Of a DNA stretch of 64,000 bases, positions 41,490-55,399 are shown piece by piece; the first letter of the stretch is position 1, and every line of letters starts with the position of its first letter. Under the pieces are notes generated by a model. That model was not told where the DNA came from, made no database searches, and saw only the letters and a list, made by a program, of their open reading frames with translations. This DNA comes from Octopus vulgaris. Taxonomy: Eukaryota. The position numbers and the translations under genes are program-made. The DNA is taken from positions 51,026,001 through 51,090,000 of the forward strand of contig OX597822.1 in NCBI GenBank assembly GCA_951406725.2. Direction: 5' to 3'.

Positions 41490-43560
41490 CTAAGTGTACC
41501 CATTGTTGCCGAAATTTTTCTAGTGAATGAAATTGCCTGATAATTCACACATACTATTATTTTGATCTAAATAATAACTGAAAAAAATTCATTGAAATCC
41601 TCCTGGTATTTCCGGAAATAATCGGTGTCATTCATAACGGACATTAGGCACTGTGCATATGAATCTTGAATAAGCTTGTTAACTGTGCAATTTACTTATT
41701 TAGAGGCTAATAAAAGTATTTTATCTGACCATAATTTCATTATGAAAATAATTCCTCTTCATATAAATAAAATATCAATGAAAACTAAACATTTATTTAG
41801 TAAGATATATCCTTTTGAAATGAAACTATACAGCTTTATTGAACATGATACATCTTCAAACATTTGGAATGAACTTCTACATCACTATTTTCACATATGA
41901 AATTACTTTTCCCATAGCACTCTTTACATCTCCTTTCATCTGGAATATATTCAATCCAATGCTCAACACCATCATATCTTGCATTGTCTTTCAAGTGAGA
42001 AAATGTAAGTCTTATTTCAAACTTTGGAGGGCAATACTTTTTCAATAGAGTTAGAGAAAAGTTTTCGATGAAATTATATAATGCAATTTTGTGGCCCGCT
42101 CAATTCATCAATTTGCATGCATTTCGGGTTGCCACAGATACAAAATATGAAAAACATAGACCACCACCATTTGTGTTGCCGCATTCGAATCCTATAGGAA
42201 CCGATGTTATGGTCCAGAAGCTCAAAAAATTCCACATATGTTTTAATTTTGGATGCTTTCATTCTTTGGAATTCGAGCATATTTCTTTTGGGGCCTGTCA
42301 TAGCACTCAACAGCGGACATTTTAGAGGTTTCAAAGTTTGATAGCAGAATAACATCGCTAGTATGTTTCCATTTCACAGTGACTATATTTGAAGTGGACT
42401 TGAAATAAGCTGTTCCTCTGGGTCATGCTTTCATTTCCGTTTTCGTTTGAAAAGGACATCTAGCCGTCCTGTTTTTTCTGTAGGTTCCCGACACACACAT
42501 ATTCCTTTCTCAAAACTTTCTCCATCAATTGAATACTTGTGAAATAGTTATCAAAAAATATTTGGAAACCTTTATTGTCTGGAAATCCTACCGCATCAGT
42601 AAGATCAAAGACAACGTTCACATCTAAGCCAAATGCATTTTCGATTTTATTGTGACGATCTTTCTTGCCTGAGAACAAAGAACCCAAACTTTTAACCAAA
42701 CAGAATTGGTTACACTTTTATAAATTGTTTGGCATAGTGCTTGCCATAACATGGAATGATACTTTCGTCAGCAGAGAGATGTTTGCGTTTCATCCTTTCG
42801 GGATCGATAAATTAAGTACAAGTCACACACTTCGGTCGATATAATCAACTTAATCCGTTTGTGCGTTCTTGTTTGTCGTCTCTGTGTTTAGCTCCTTGTG
42901 GGTAGTAAAGAAAAAGAAGTAGGTATTTCGTCTGCCGCTACGTTCTGAGTTCCATTTCCACCGAGGTCGATTTTACCTTTCATCCTTTCGGGGTCGATTA
43001 AATAAGTACCAGTTACGCACTGGGGTCGATATAATGGACTTAATCCGTTTGCCTGTCCTTGTTTGACCTCTGTGTGTTTATCTCCTTGTGGGTAGTAAAG
43101 AAATAGGTACTATAATAAAGAAACAGGATATTTCTCAAAATATTCTCAAATCTGTCTCGCCTCATGGTATTTTGCGAAATGTTTGGAACATTGACTTCAG
43201 ATGAACAATACCTTCTTTTATTAGGGAGTGGAGAGTGAGCTGACAGAAGCAATCCACCAAAGAATACATACAGCTCCGATTTGCATACAATCAGTACTTT
43301 ATTTTTTTCAACAGCATTATCGGTTTGTTTGTTCTATAATGTCATCCAGTAATCCATTTGTGAAGAACAAACAAAAAAATCTACTGGATTTTAGCAACAT
43401 TTTGCTTCCTCGAATATATCTACGGGCACACGGGAGGTTGAAACACAATTCACCGCTTCGTTTTTCTTCCAATTATTTGTTTTACTGAATTTCGGTTTAC
43501 TGCAACTTCTTCAATTTCTTAAAGCATATATTGTTGACAAGAAATTTGTGCGTCAGTTTT
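41490..43560 (-). mobile_element. piggyBac-like transposon, decayed and interrupted by a SINE
   Basis: MRRDRFENILRN, LSADESI, FQIFFDNYFTSIQLM, LDHNIGSYRIRMRQHKWWW, and C-terminal Cys-rich RYDGVEHW..RRCKECYGKSNFICE..H.KC. Confidence 0.9.
42781..43108 (+). mobile_element. SINE family B tandem dimer inside the piggyBac
   Basis: tttcatcctttcggg..aagtac..gtcgatataat..ttgtgggtagtaaagaaa repeated with a ~190-bp period. Confidence 0.9.
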
Positions 43561-43612
43561 CAAAAGCCCTCTTTTCTGTTGTAAGACTGAAAGAAAAAAA
43601 TGCAATACATAC

Positions 43613-43674
<62 letters not shown>

Positions 43675-43829
43675 GTACACCCACTTAAGTACATATAATT
43701 GTATAAGTTGCATGCATATATATATATATATATATATATCCATGTCATCCACAAACTTATACTCATATTTCCTGCATGCCTCACTTAATTACTATGTATA
43801 TGTGCATTTTATATAATATATGTACCAAG

Positions 43830-45150
43830 ACTAAGGTTCATCGCCTATTTTCTTTTACTACTACAACACTCTACTATAAAATATGTATTTATATTCCTGA
43901 TCATACAATTGTACCATAATATCAAATGATAATTTACTCTCTACCTGTCACATAGTTTATATTCATACCTGCACCATGTTTCACTTGCATAATAAATATT
44001 CTTCTTCTCTACATACCCCACATATCTCATTATATATTTGTTTCATCTGTCAAGTAATCCAAATTCTATTCCCTAAATAGATGAAGGGAGATAACCTGTT
44101 GTTCTTGATTATAACAATTATTTGGGAGAAGCAACGTTGAACCATTTTAAAAATAGATAACTACCTTATATTTTCTTTTATTTTGCACAAATCTTTAAAT
44201 TCCTCATAAAATTAAGTGTAGTAAATATTTTTTATCCATCTGATAGTTTTCCTGCATAATTGAACGTATCTGTTTGTGCATTGAAATACTATATAATACT
44301 AATAACATTAATCTTTCTTTAGAATAATTAATGAAAACTTTCTTCATAACCGAACGATAATTTAAATGGTATTTCACCTGTATACCCTGCATTATTAAGT
44401 GATCTTAGCACGTTAAGATATACGACTATTTACGAGAGAATCTTTAATTTAATTCCTGCTCTTTTATTACCTAAGTAAACAATATAGCTTATTCCTTCTT
44501 AGCCGTGACTTTAAAAATACTAAATTCTGTACATATACTTTTTATCATATATCCCTAATCACTTATTGTTATTTATAACTTCTTTCATTTTACTATAATC
44601 TTACTTCATTATTCTTTCCCCGCTTAAAATCTACTTGTCTCTATATTATTAATTGCTTTTTTTCTTATCCCTCCCTATTTATCTTTAATTCAATGTTTTT
44701 ACTTAACGTCTTCACAATATCTTACCTTAATTACATTATGGCTCTAACAACACTTAAACGTCTATATCTCTTAAAAGATTGCACAATTTCCGTCAAATCA
44801 CATACAAGTGTTTTTTAAATCCCAAATAAGTTTTTAGAAAGTTTTGATTAGCTTATTCCTCCTACTATTACTCCCTCGGCGCCCCCTCTTACTTTTCTAA
44901 CCAACTAATGCCTGTGAAAAATATGTAAATATTGGCCTCTTGAAATTGAAAGCCCCGAAGAGATCTGGATACTGTTGTTATTTTTTACATCTAAAACTCT
45001 TAACATGGCACGAATATTCCGAAACACTGTTTACATAGTGACCAGACTGAAACATGTGTCGGCACTTCCAATGCTTATTTTATTTTATGTTAATGTATGT
45101 TCATTTGAATTTCATTTGTATTAAACTGTATACTACGTATTCTACTGTGA
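43830..45150 (+). mobile_element. Probable highly decayed Penelope-like element with terminal hammerhead
   Basis: SNPNSIP*IDEG..VVLDYNNYLGEA resembles the PLE pre-RT ADKG..VV.D..DY motif; C..-like and TITP.G remnants follow, then a hammerhead-like motif. Confidence 0.5.
44951..45064 (+). ncRNA. Hammerhead ribozyme-like motif (U4>C core variant)
   Basis: GCC-CCGAAGA-GATCTGG..CCAGACT-GAAA-CATGTG-TC-GGC. Stem I GCC/GGC, palindromic stem III. Confidence 0.6.
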
Positions 45151-45225
45151 TAAAAATAAAAAAAATGTATTCACAATAAATTTTCTCCTTTTCTTTATGA
45201 TAATAAATGTATACTAGACTGTTTA

Positions 45226-45329
45226 TCTCTATATATTAAGAGAATTCTGCCACGGCAACATTCATAATTCCACTCGATCTATAGATTTTATGATCCCTAA
45301 AGAGTACACTATATTTTGAAACTGACTGA

Positions 45330-45373
<44 letters not shown>

Positions 45374-48300
45374 GAAAGACGTCTTTGACTTTCTGTCCAC
45401 TTTCAGTTATTGTTGTTATTTCTGTAAAATAACAATAATAACAATAACAAAAGTGATCGGTTTGGGTAGAGCATCATGGAAAAAGAATAAAAACCGCCAT
45501 ATTCACTAAAAACTATAATAAAATATCCATACATTATTAACTCCAATAGCAAGTATTTATAGAAAATATATAATAATATATAAGCTAAAACTTGTTAGTT
45601 AACTTATTTAACTTACTATAATCAGGACCAAAACCCGGTATTGTTTGAAAGAATAATTGCTGTCAATAGGACATGCTAATAATATACTAATATTAACTTA
45701 ATAGGTATAATATAGATTTCTAAAGTTATTTTTTGTTAATCCATAAATGATATTACAGTTTCTTATGGGTATTAATTAGAAGGGCTGTTTGTGGTAAGAA
45801 GTTTGGTGTATACTTTGGGGTGCTGATAAAGCTACCCTCTGCTCTGGCAAAGGAAAAGTTAGGAAAGACAAAGTTCCACAAATATTTTTTTTAAATCTCC
45901 CAGGATTAATAGCTATGATTTTAACCTATGCAGTCAAATATTTCTTAACAAAATTCGTGGCTACAATAATTTACTGGCTATGGCTCTGCTTGAACTGGAT
46001 AATCCACCAGCTGGACCTCCGGTTAGTAGAACTGTTATGCCTATTTTCAAGATTCAATGAAAGATGCACTATTGCATAGGAAATCTCTTATCAACAGTAA
46101 ATAGGAAGCCAGTCTACACACAGCTATATTACGTTGACACTGAAAATGTGACGAGAAACAGGTTGTCATTCAAAAGAGCTGACAATGACCTTAATGAGAA
46201 CATCCTGGTAGACTTGAAGAGAGTACTGATTATGCACAATCCATATGTCAAAAGTTTTAAACACACTATTGATATAATTAAGGAATATTCTGCACCAGGA
46301 AAATGTTCTACCATTGATATTATTATGAGTCATGTCAATCGACTTATTCCTGCTAGGTCACATCTGAGAACCTATAAACCACCGGCTGCATCAGAAATTG
46401 CTGTGATCGTGGTGGGAGAGGATACCAATATTCCAAGTATTAAACCTGCGGATGGTGCTATGCAGAATAAAGAGAGCAATGGGAGGTTAGACAACATAAG
46501 TCAAATCCACGTAAGTTAGAAACCCTCTTCATTATGTACTTTTGTTTCTCAATGTGGAAGATGGCTGGAATGTGCTCTTGAAAGCAATGCCTGAAGCAAA
46601 AGCATCACTGAATGTGACTTTTATTCTTATCGGTTTCATGTAAGGTAGGAAGAGTTCAATGGCACAATGAGAATTAGGCGTCTGATACAAGAATATGCAG
46701 TGAATCAATACGCAAAGATAGAGAGCAAGTCGATTACACTTTTTGGGAACTCATCAGAAACAGCTTACAGTCGAAAAGTAGCAGGACCTTCTTGATGCTA
46801 TTGCAAATGGTAACATAAATAACATAAGGTCTAAAAATCATTCTTCACCATCACACACTGGGTCTTCTCGGTTTTACGGTGTGTGTTTCCAAGCTGGATT
46901 GGCTCTGATGTGAGAGTTTGGAAAGCCAGACTACTTCATTACTATGACAGCCAAGTCAAAGTGGACTGAGACGTGGGAAACATTGTTTGAAGGTGAACAA
47001 ACGTAGGATTGACCTTACATTGAAGCCAGAGAGTACAATTCTCTCAAGGATCATCTATTAAAGAAGAATGTCTTGGGAAAAATAGTAGCATATGTCTGAT
47101 TCTCGCTGAAGTTCGGTCACAAGGCCATATTGCTGTTGCCTCAAGAATTGCTGCCACCTTGCTGGAAAATGGGCGAACTTTGCGTTCCAGATGCAGTATT
47201 CCAATCAGAATTACAGAAAAGTCTATGTACCACATGAAAATAAGTGATTCCACAGTAAAACCTTCCCGAAACGCAAGGCCACTGGTTATCGGCGAGGTTA
47301 AAATGGGCCATGAACATATCTATGAATTTGTTGATTGCAGTCTCAGAGAGAGAAGTTAGACAAGGTCATAGAAGTTACAACAGTCATATATTTGGAACTA
47401 TGTCCAAAATCTGCAGTTGTCTGTCAATATGAGAGTCAAAAATTTTGGCGGTGATGGCACTGCTTTCATATCCTATCTTGGCCAGCTGGGGAATGGAAAT
47501 TCCCTATCAATCAAGAAATTGGTGAATACAAAATATCTATTCCCCCCCTCTGCATTTGATTGACTCTGCAAGTCTACAGGACTTCTGTGAGTTGGTCGTC
47601 GGGGTAATGAGAAATATTGAGAGGGACTATGGATGAGTAGTAGAGCCGTCATTACTCCTACAAACAAGGCTGCTGAAGAAGGGAATAGAGTTGTCATGTC
47701 GAAATGTCTACAAGGAGATAGTAAAGTTTATCGAAGCTGTGACACTTTACTCGAAAATGAGACTGAGTTACCGTCGGAGCTGTTCAATGATCTCAATGCA
47801 TCAGGGTTTCCGTCATACATTTTGGCTTGAAGAATCATTCTTCCATTATGCTGGTCAGAAACATTGATCCAGCAGGGGATCAATGCAATAGAACAAGATA
47901 TTTAGTCTTCAATCTGCACAACCACATTATTGAATCAAAAGTGGCCAATGGGATACATGTTGGAATCCGAATAATGATATCACGAATTCCACGGACCACT
48001 AAGGAGGACTAGCTTTTCTCATTTTTTAGGAATCTGCTTCCTGCGAATCTGGCATTTAGAATGACATCAAACAAATCCCAAGACCAGATCTTAGAGAAGT
48101 TTGCAATTTACTTGCAAAAATCTACGTTCACCATGGCCAGTTGTATAAAGGCAGGTGCAGATGTGTGAATCATTACGTAGCAATGTGTGATATGTTATAT
48201 ATATATAGGTTTCAAATTTTGGCACAAGACCAGCATATTCGATAGGAGAGTTTAAGTGCAAAATACAAACCCCAGTGATCAGCTAGTACACATTGTGAAA

Positions 48301-48775
48301 GGTAAAGCACACCTCTGCGGAATTTGATGTACAAATATTTATATACGCAAATATATACGGACATATTCATACATAGGCATACACACATATTCATACCTTT
48401 ATAAATACAAAAGCACTCATATATATACAATATACGTATACACCCATATTTACAAATGCTTTCAATTTTGTTTTTTGCCGCGCCAAACATGCAAGTATAA
48501 TCATACAGAATGCGTGATGTTGCGCACACATACAAAACAAGAGGTATACACACACCGAGGTATCAACAGCATGGTTGGTTCTGTGAACAATGTACATATA
48601 TTGGCTTTAGACTCAGAGTATAAGGGTAGAAAAGGAATTTACACTGACAACGTTGTCTATAAGGAAATTCTTTAAGAAAATTATAGGCAGTTTCGCTTTT
48701 TACTTTTAAACTACAAACAGGAGTTCATATATGTACTAGCCGAATCGACCGCCCGGAGGGCGGTGATTCAGCTAC
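45226..48775 (+). mobile_element. Helitron with large internal deletion, both termini plausible
   Basis: A|TC start at 45226; YNNLLAMA, KMHYCIGNLL..KPVYTQLY.VD, NPYVKSFK, SEIAVIVVG, FGKPDYFITMT (Rep motif 1), IAATLLENGRT, RAVITPTN, IMLVRNID..CN.TR, HGQLY, NVVYKEIL* (48675); GC hairpin ACCGCCC-GGA-GGGCGGT then CTAC|T. Confidence 0.93.
48141..48550 (+). repeat. ~410-bp direct duplicate of 49509-49907, inserted in the Helitron helicase
   Basis: ttgtataaaggcaggtgcagatgtgtgaatcatt...gaggtatacaca is present in both places. Confidence 0.95.
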
Positions 48776-50290
48776 TATATATATGAAATCCTTTGCGTCT
48801 GCACATTCATAGATACACTTGTGTTCATACACCCACATGCATACATATATATCTATACATATATACGGGCACACAACCCTCACCCTGCCAATTATAGTAC
48901 AGAACAAATACAATTACACATACAAGTACACACATATATACACACGGAATACACTCACGTATATACGCACACGTGCCATTCGGCGTATGTACATATACCC
49001 AACCTTCTATATTTACACTTACACTGACACCTACACACACACAGATACAAGTACACTCAAGCGCTTTCGCACAAGCACGCACAAACATAAGAACACACTT
49101 ATAAAGATATATACACACAAATACGTACATATATGCATATACATATATACACATATGCAGATACACTCATGCACATACGCTTGGGTCTACCTATATGTAT
49201 ATATATATATATATATATATCCAGGCAAATGCATCGTATTTAAATTTGAAGTATAACAGTTTTATACATATGTCAATACGGTTAGACGCTTATCCACACA
49301 GACACATATATGCACACCTTTTGTTTAACATACACTTCAAAAGAGGTGAAAAACGTAGATATATATTTGTGCAAATATAGGGGGGAAACGAAACAAAAAA
49401 CCTCCTTATTTATGGTTTAACGGAGAATATTTTTCAAATCTGTCATGAGAGCTACAGAAAGATATGTTTACTAAGCGAATATGAAACATATAAAAAATGT
49501 TTCATTATTTGTATAAAGGCAGGTGCAGATGTGTGAATCATTCCGTAGCAATGTGTGATATGTTATATATATATAGGTATCAAATTTTGGCACAAGATAG
49601 GAGAGTTTAAGTCCATAATACAAAACCCTGTGATCAACTAGTACATATTTTGAAAGGTAAAGCACACCTCTGCGGAATTTGATGAACAGATATTTATATA
49701 CGTCAATATATACGGACATATTCATACATAGGCATACACACATATTCATACTTATAGAAATACAAAAGCACTCATATACATACAATATACGTATACACTC
49801 ATATTTACAAATGCTTTCAATTTTGTTTTTTGCCGCGCCGAACATGCAAGTATAATCATACAGAATGCGTGATGTTGCTCACACATACAAAAAAAGAGGT
49901 ATACACATAAAAAACACATATACCCACCACAACAGTGGTATACACATATATACACACATATACCAACCACAAACCCATCCCCACATACAAATATATATGT
50001 ATGCACTTATACAGGCAACGCACACACATATACACATACGCATACTAACACTATACACATGAACATCCATATACACGCATTTACACGTGCATACTCATAT
50101 CTACACACTCACACGCAGACATACACATACATACATACAGACATACATACACATGGATATACGTACGCAGAACATTGCAATATGTCTAAATTTCACAGTA
50201 AAATTATGACATCAATGAATAAGTTACTCTCCTAAAACTCTATTGTTAGAGCCGCTGGTATAACAGATTTCAATTTTACTAATATCAAAC

Positions 50291-51310
50291 AGGCGACGAA
50301 GGAGGCGAGATGGCAGAATCGCAAGCACGCCAGACGAAATGCTTAGCTACGTTCTGAGTTCAAATTCCGCCGAGGTAGACTTTGCCTTTCATCCATTCGG
50401 GGTGGATTAAATAAGTACCAGTTACGCACTGGGGTTGATATAATCGACTTAATCCGTTTGTCTGTCCTTGTTTTTCCTCTCTGTGTTTAACCGCTTGTGG
50501 GTAGTAAAGAAATAGGCATTCCGTCTGCCGCTACGTTCTGAGTTCAAATTCCGCCGAGGTCGACTTTGCCTTTCATCCTTTCGGGGTCGATTAAATAAGT
50601 ACCAGTTACGCACTGGGGTCGATATAATCGACTTAATCTGTTTGTCTGTCCTTGTTTGTTCCCGCTGTGTGTAGGCCCTTGTAGGCAGTAAATAAATCAG
50701 AATCATTAGCATGCCGTGCAAAATACTTAGCATTCATACGTCTTCACGGTTTGAGTTCAAATGATACCGAGGTCGTCGAATTGCCTCTCTTCATTTCGGA
50801 TGTTGATAAAATTAAGTACCAGACCAATGCTGGAGTCGATGTAATCGATTTATCCCCATCCACCGAACATGCTAGCCTTGTGCCAAAATTTTTAATAGAT
50901 ATAAGGATGGCGAGAAGCTGGTAGAATCCTTAGTACAGGAAAGGTAGCGAGCTGGCAGAAACGTTAGCAGGACAGGCGAAATGCTTAGCGGGATTTCGTC
51001 TACCTTTACGTTCTGAGTTCAAATTCCGCCGAGGTCGACTGTGTCTTTCTTCCTTTCCGGAACTTTCTGGCATTGTACCAAAATTTGAATTCAATGTTAT
51101 TAATATAGGTGAGGCCGCGAGATAGAAGAATCAATAACGCGGCGGAAAAATTCTTAACGGCTTTTCTGCCGACTTTACGCTCCCAGATCCAATGTTACCG
51201 GGGTCGACATTGCCTTCGGTCAAAAATAGTACAAATTAAACACAGGATTCCATCTTATCGATCTACACTTTCCTCTTAACTTATTAGCCTTCTGCAAAAA
51301 TTTGAAATCA
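50291..51310 (+). mobile_element. Cluster of SINE family B copies, including a well-preserved tandem unit
   Basis: A-box-like TGGCAGAATCG, B-box GAGTTCAAATTCC, core GCCTTTCATCCTTTCGGGGTCGATTAAATAAGTACCAG (Deu/Nin-like). About six heads in 1 kb. Confidence 0.92.
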
Positions 51311-51699
51311 TACGCACAAACACACGCGTTTATATCATAAATTATACTTACAGCTTCTTCCAGTATTCATTGTAGGTTTGCTATTGATGGTTTAAGTCAT
51401 TCGGCCAATTGATTGGTTGGGGAAAGTTAAACCATCGAGAAAATGAAAGCTACTTACGTCAGAGCCATTTCATTAGCCAACATACTGGTTTTCGAATACA
51501 TCTTACGATATATACTGAGACTTAAAGATTGCTTGGTAACATAAACCATATCTTATAAATTTGCCAAATAATTGCATCATTGTATTTCGAGAGTATGTGA
51601 CTATTGGTAGATCTTTCTGAAATTGCGTATATATATATATATATATATATACATAATTTAATATACGGAGTCTTTGTATACCAACATAAATCAACACAC

Positions 51700-52400
51700 C
51701 GAAACAAGGACCTTGACTGATAACTGATAACTTCGACCTTCTCAAAACAAATAGTATAAACTGCTAAAACACACTAACATGTAAAGAAATCCTCTGACCA
51801 ACTAACGTTCCCACATATTTACATTCATTACTAACCCTTAACATCCCAAAACTGACGCACCTAAATAAACACACCAAATTATAAAGGTGTAAACGTTAGA
51901 AACTTGGACTGAACTCGGAATTAAAAAACAATCTCTGCTTTCCTAAACAATCGTTTATATCCTCCACAAATGAAATCAACAAAAACTAAACATATGGACA
52001 CATCCGCTTACTGTTTAATATTTTTTACGTTTACGTTTCTTTGTAAACCCTTAAAAGTAACCCCAATGCTAAAGATGTCATGCCAAAATAATACACCTGA
52101 TAACAAATCTCTACATGCAAAATCTGTATTTTGTGCAATAAAAGCATCCCACATTTGCAGTGCAACCTACCCTAGAACCCCTTTTCACTCAACAGAGTTC
52201 CACACAACCCAGAAAATGTTAACTCTACATAGACTACGTAAAGCCAAAATTATCTCGAATATATCACAGAGCAATGATGGTTCGGGAGGCGAAAATTTCG
52301 AAGTCACTGCCCGTACTACTTTTGTTACAGTGTAATAGGTATATGATCTACAAAGAGTACCGCGTAATCCTGGAGATTAATGTAACATTGTTCTTATTAA
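51700..52400 (+). mobile_element. Possible decayed Penelope-like 3' region
   Basis: KR.RNL-like motif (~51890) and frameshifted TLEP.SLN (~52170) resembling the PLE C-terminal T..P.GLN motif. A/C-rich strand bias like 28975-30510. Confidence 0.35.
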
Positions 52401-52847
52401 AGCTTGACTTAAAAACGAACATTAATATATGTGTGTATGTAAGAATGTATGTAAACGTGTCTGAATGTGTCTTTGTGTATGTTTACATATACATATATTT
52501 GTATGTATGACCACTGCTATATCATGTGACTATGAATGTATGTGTGGAAGTATGCGAGTAATAATACTCCGAAGCGATTGTTTTAGACAAAGTTTGAAAT
52601 CATCAAATATTCACTCTGTTTCAATAATTCTGCTCGCTATTCAGTAAAAAAGTTCTCTTATTTCTATGTATCCCTCACATCAACTGTCATCACACACCGT
52701 GCCTACAGGCGACGATGATCTTCAAACTCCATTCCGAATTCAGGAGATTCATGCTTCATGTTGGGAAGGATACACAAGTTGTTTTCTTTTCGCAGAATTG
52801 TGCGATAAGTGTATAAAATGCTAATCGATGCATTCTATGCATTTAAC

Positions 52848-54101
52848 AGGTCATCCCATAAGCTCTGTCTGAATTTTGAATAAAGAAATCAAGTGATCAA
52901 ATGTTATATTTAATTGATAGTTAATCATCAATATACTTTCCCTGATTATCTATGACTTCCTTCCATCTATTTACAAGCATTTTAATCCCATCTATGTAAA
53001 ACTCTGTTGGTTTCAAAGCGAAGAACACTGAAATATTAGTTCCGACCTTCCCCTGGCTTGCGAAAGTTATATCCTCCAAATGATTCTGAAAACTACGAAA
53101 CAAATGGTTGTCCGAAGGAGTCAGGTCAGGAGAATAAGGTGGATGAGGGATTTTTTCCCAACGAAACTGTTCGAGTTTCTGTGATGTAATCTTTGAAGTT
53201 TAGGGTCCCGAGGAAACATTGTGCTGATGAAACATCACTCCATTTCGATTCAATAAAGCGGGTCTTTTTTTCTTGAAAGCTAGATTCAAACGCTCTAATT
53301 TTTGACAGTAGACTTGAGCATTGATTGTTGCATTAGGTGGTAACATTCCAACAGAGAGAAGAACTTGTTTTCCATGAAGTTCCTTTCTCAATTGTGGTTG
53401 AGATTTTCCTCTTTTACCAAGCCACTGTTTACGATGTTTAACATTTCGATAGAAGATCCATTTTTCTTCACCAATCACAAGTCTATCCAAAAAGGGTGCA
53501 ATAAAGTCGCGAGAATGGAGAGAAGAGTAGATGTCAACTCGGGATTTGCTTTCGGACAATTTATGAGGCACCCATTTTCCAAGTTTATGAAACTTTCCAA
53601 GTTGTTGAAGATGGCGATGAACAGTTGTATGGTTTCAACGAAGCTATATTGCCAATTCTTCAACTGATAATGCAGGATTTTCTTCAAGTAATGTTTCAAG
53701 GAGCTTATCATCAAACTCAACTGGACGTCCTGTTCAGCCTTCATCGTCCAATCTGAAATCTCGACTTCTGAATTTTGCAGACAATCTTCTGCAAGTTCTT
53801 TCCTTCAACCATTCTTTCCCATAAACTGAATGTATGTTTCGAGTCGCCTCGGCTGCAGAGCTTCCTTTTTTGTACTCATAAAGCATTATGTGCCTTAAAT
53901 GCTCTTTGAATACTTCCATGTTAGAAAGGGTTTTAATCAAAGAAATTTTAATTCTATTACTATGTAAAATAATATTTAATTAGTTTAAATGTACACAAAT
54001 GGATAGAAATAATTTTAAATTCTATTAGACATTCAAAAATACTATCAAATTTCATTCAATTTCCAAAAAGTAAAATCGAACAGAACTTATGGAATGACCT
54101 G
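52848..54101 (-). mobile_element. Full-length mariner (Mos1-like, ~1.25 kb), inactive
   Basis: TIRs CAGGTCATCCCATAAGCTCTGT / ACAGAACTTATGGAATGACCTG. MEVFKEHLRHIMLYEY, WVPHKLS, LVIGEEKWIFY, PHPPYSPDLTPSDNHLF, EFYIDGIKMLVNRWKEVIDNQGKYI. Confidence 0.96.
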
Positions 54102-55399
54102 ATATATTCCTTTATATTTCGAGTTGAGATTGAAAGAGAGAGCAGGACAGGGTTGAAACAGAGAGGGGTATTTTATATCGTCTCTCAACATTTCTCCCTC
54201 AAACCTGTTATTATTCTGGTTGATTGAAACGAATATGCCGTTCCTCTAAAATATATGGTCTCGTATCAAGTTTAGAAATAAAATATTTATGTCACCAAAA
54301 GGGAAATCAAGTGGAAAGTACTGTCGTCATCTCGCTATACACTTTCGGAAATGCTATGCCTACATTTTCTATAGTTCGTATTTAAAATAAATCACTAGCT
54401 AAACTAATATGCATGCGCATAACAGTTTTTCTGATGGGTAGTTTAAAAGTGTATTTACAAAGGTGTGCATTATAACATTGTGATTGTTGAATAGTTTTGT
54501 TTTTCATATTTATTATATTTATTTACTTATTCCTTATGGGGAGGACAGCTGTCAGGTTTGTTATTTATATTTTTGATGGAATAAACCACATTTTCTACAA
54601 CATTAACTGAATGATGTATCATTGCATGATATCGCCCACAAAAGTTAATCAACCAGTGGCTATAATAAATAATTTCTCACGGGAATGATAACAATATTTC
54701 AGTCATGCAATAATGAAAAGAATATGAAAGCGTACTTATTTGGTCGAAAAGTTTATTTAGATTAATTTCATGGTAATTTATTATTTCAAATATTGAATAT
54801 ATATATTTTTTTTTTGCCTTCTCCAAGGTAGACATATTCAAAAATAACAATCAACATTAAATAACAGATAATTTGAAAACCACAATTATTATTACAAACC
54901 TCAGCAAGTTAAATCAAATATGTCCAATGGTACTTTAAATAATATAATGCGGTTACAAAACAAGTTTGAATCAATATTGATAGCAGTACTACCCGAAAGA
55001 CAGCTGAATTAACTCTACCACCTACTGCAACAAAGTATTGATTCAAAATAATAATGGGCATTTGATGATGTTATTTGCATTCTGCTGTGGATTAAATTTG
55101 AAATTAGAACGTAGGGATTAGGAACTAAATGTAGTTTCGTCACCATAATGTCTATAACCAACTTCAATAAAACATGCTCTTTTCGATGATCTACTAAGAT
55201 CATTGTTAAATGTGTTCAGCTTCTGCATAAATCGCTTCAACGGGTTTTTTTAATCATCATTTCTGCGTTGTTTAATACAGTGACAAGATTGAATTATAAA
55301 TTATAGGACTCGAGGGAAATAACTGCAGAGCACGTTTGCACATTAATTATACTTATAGTTGACTCTCTTTGGAATATAGTAGAATGTAAACTATGAAAT

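Noticed and set aside
45321-45390. CTGAAGA-(TA)n-CGAAAGACGTC as a hammerhead with microsatellite stem II
   Set aside because: Stem I cannot form; probably coincidence.
46064-46519. Host gene ORF
   Set aside because: Part of a Helitron Rep region with stops and frameshifts on both sides.
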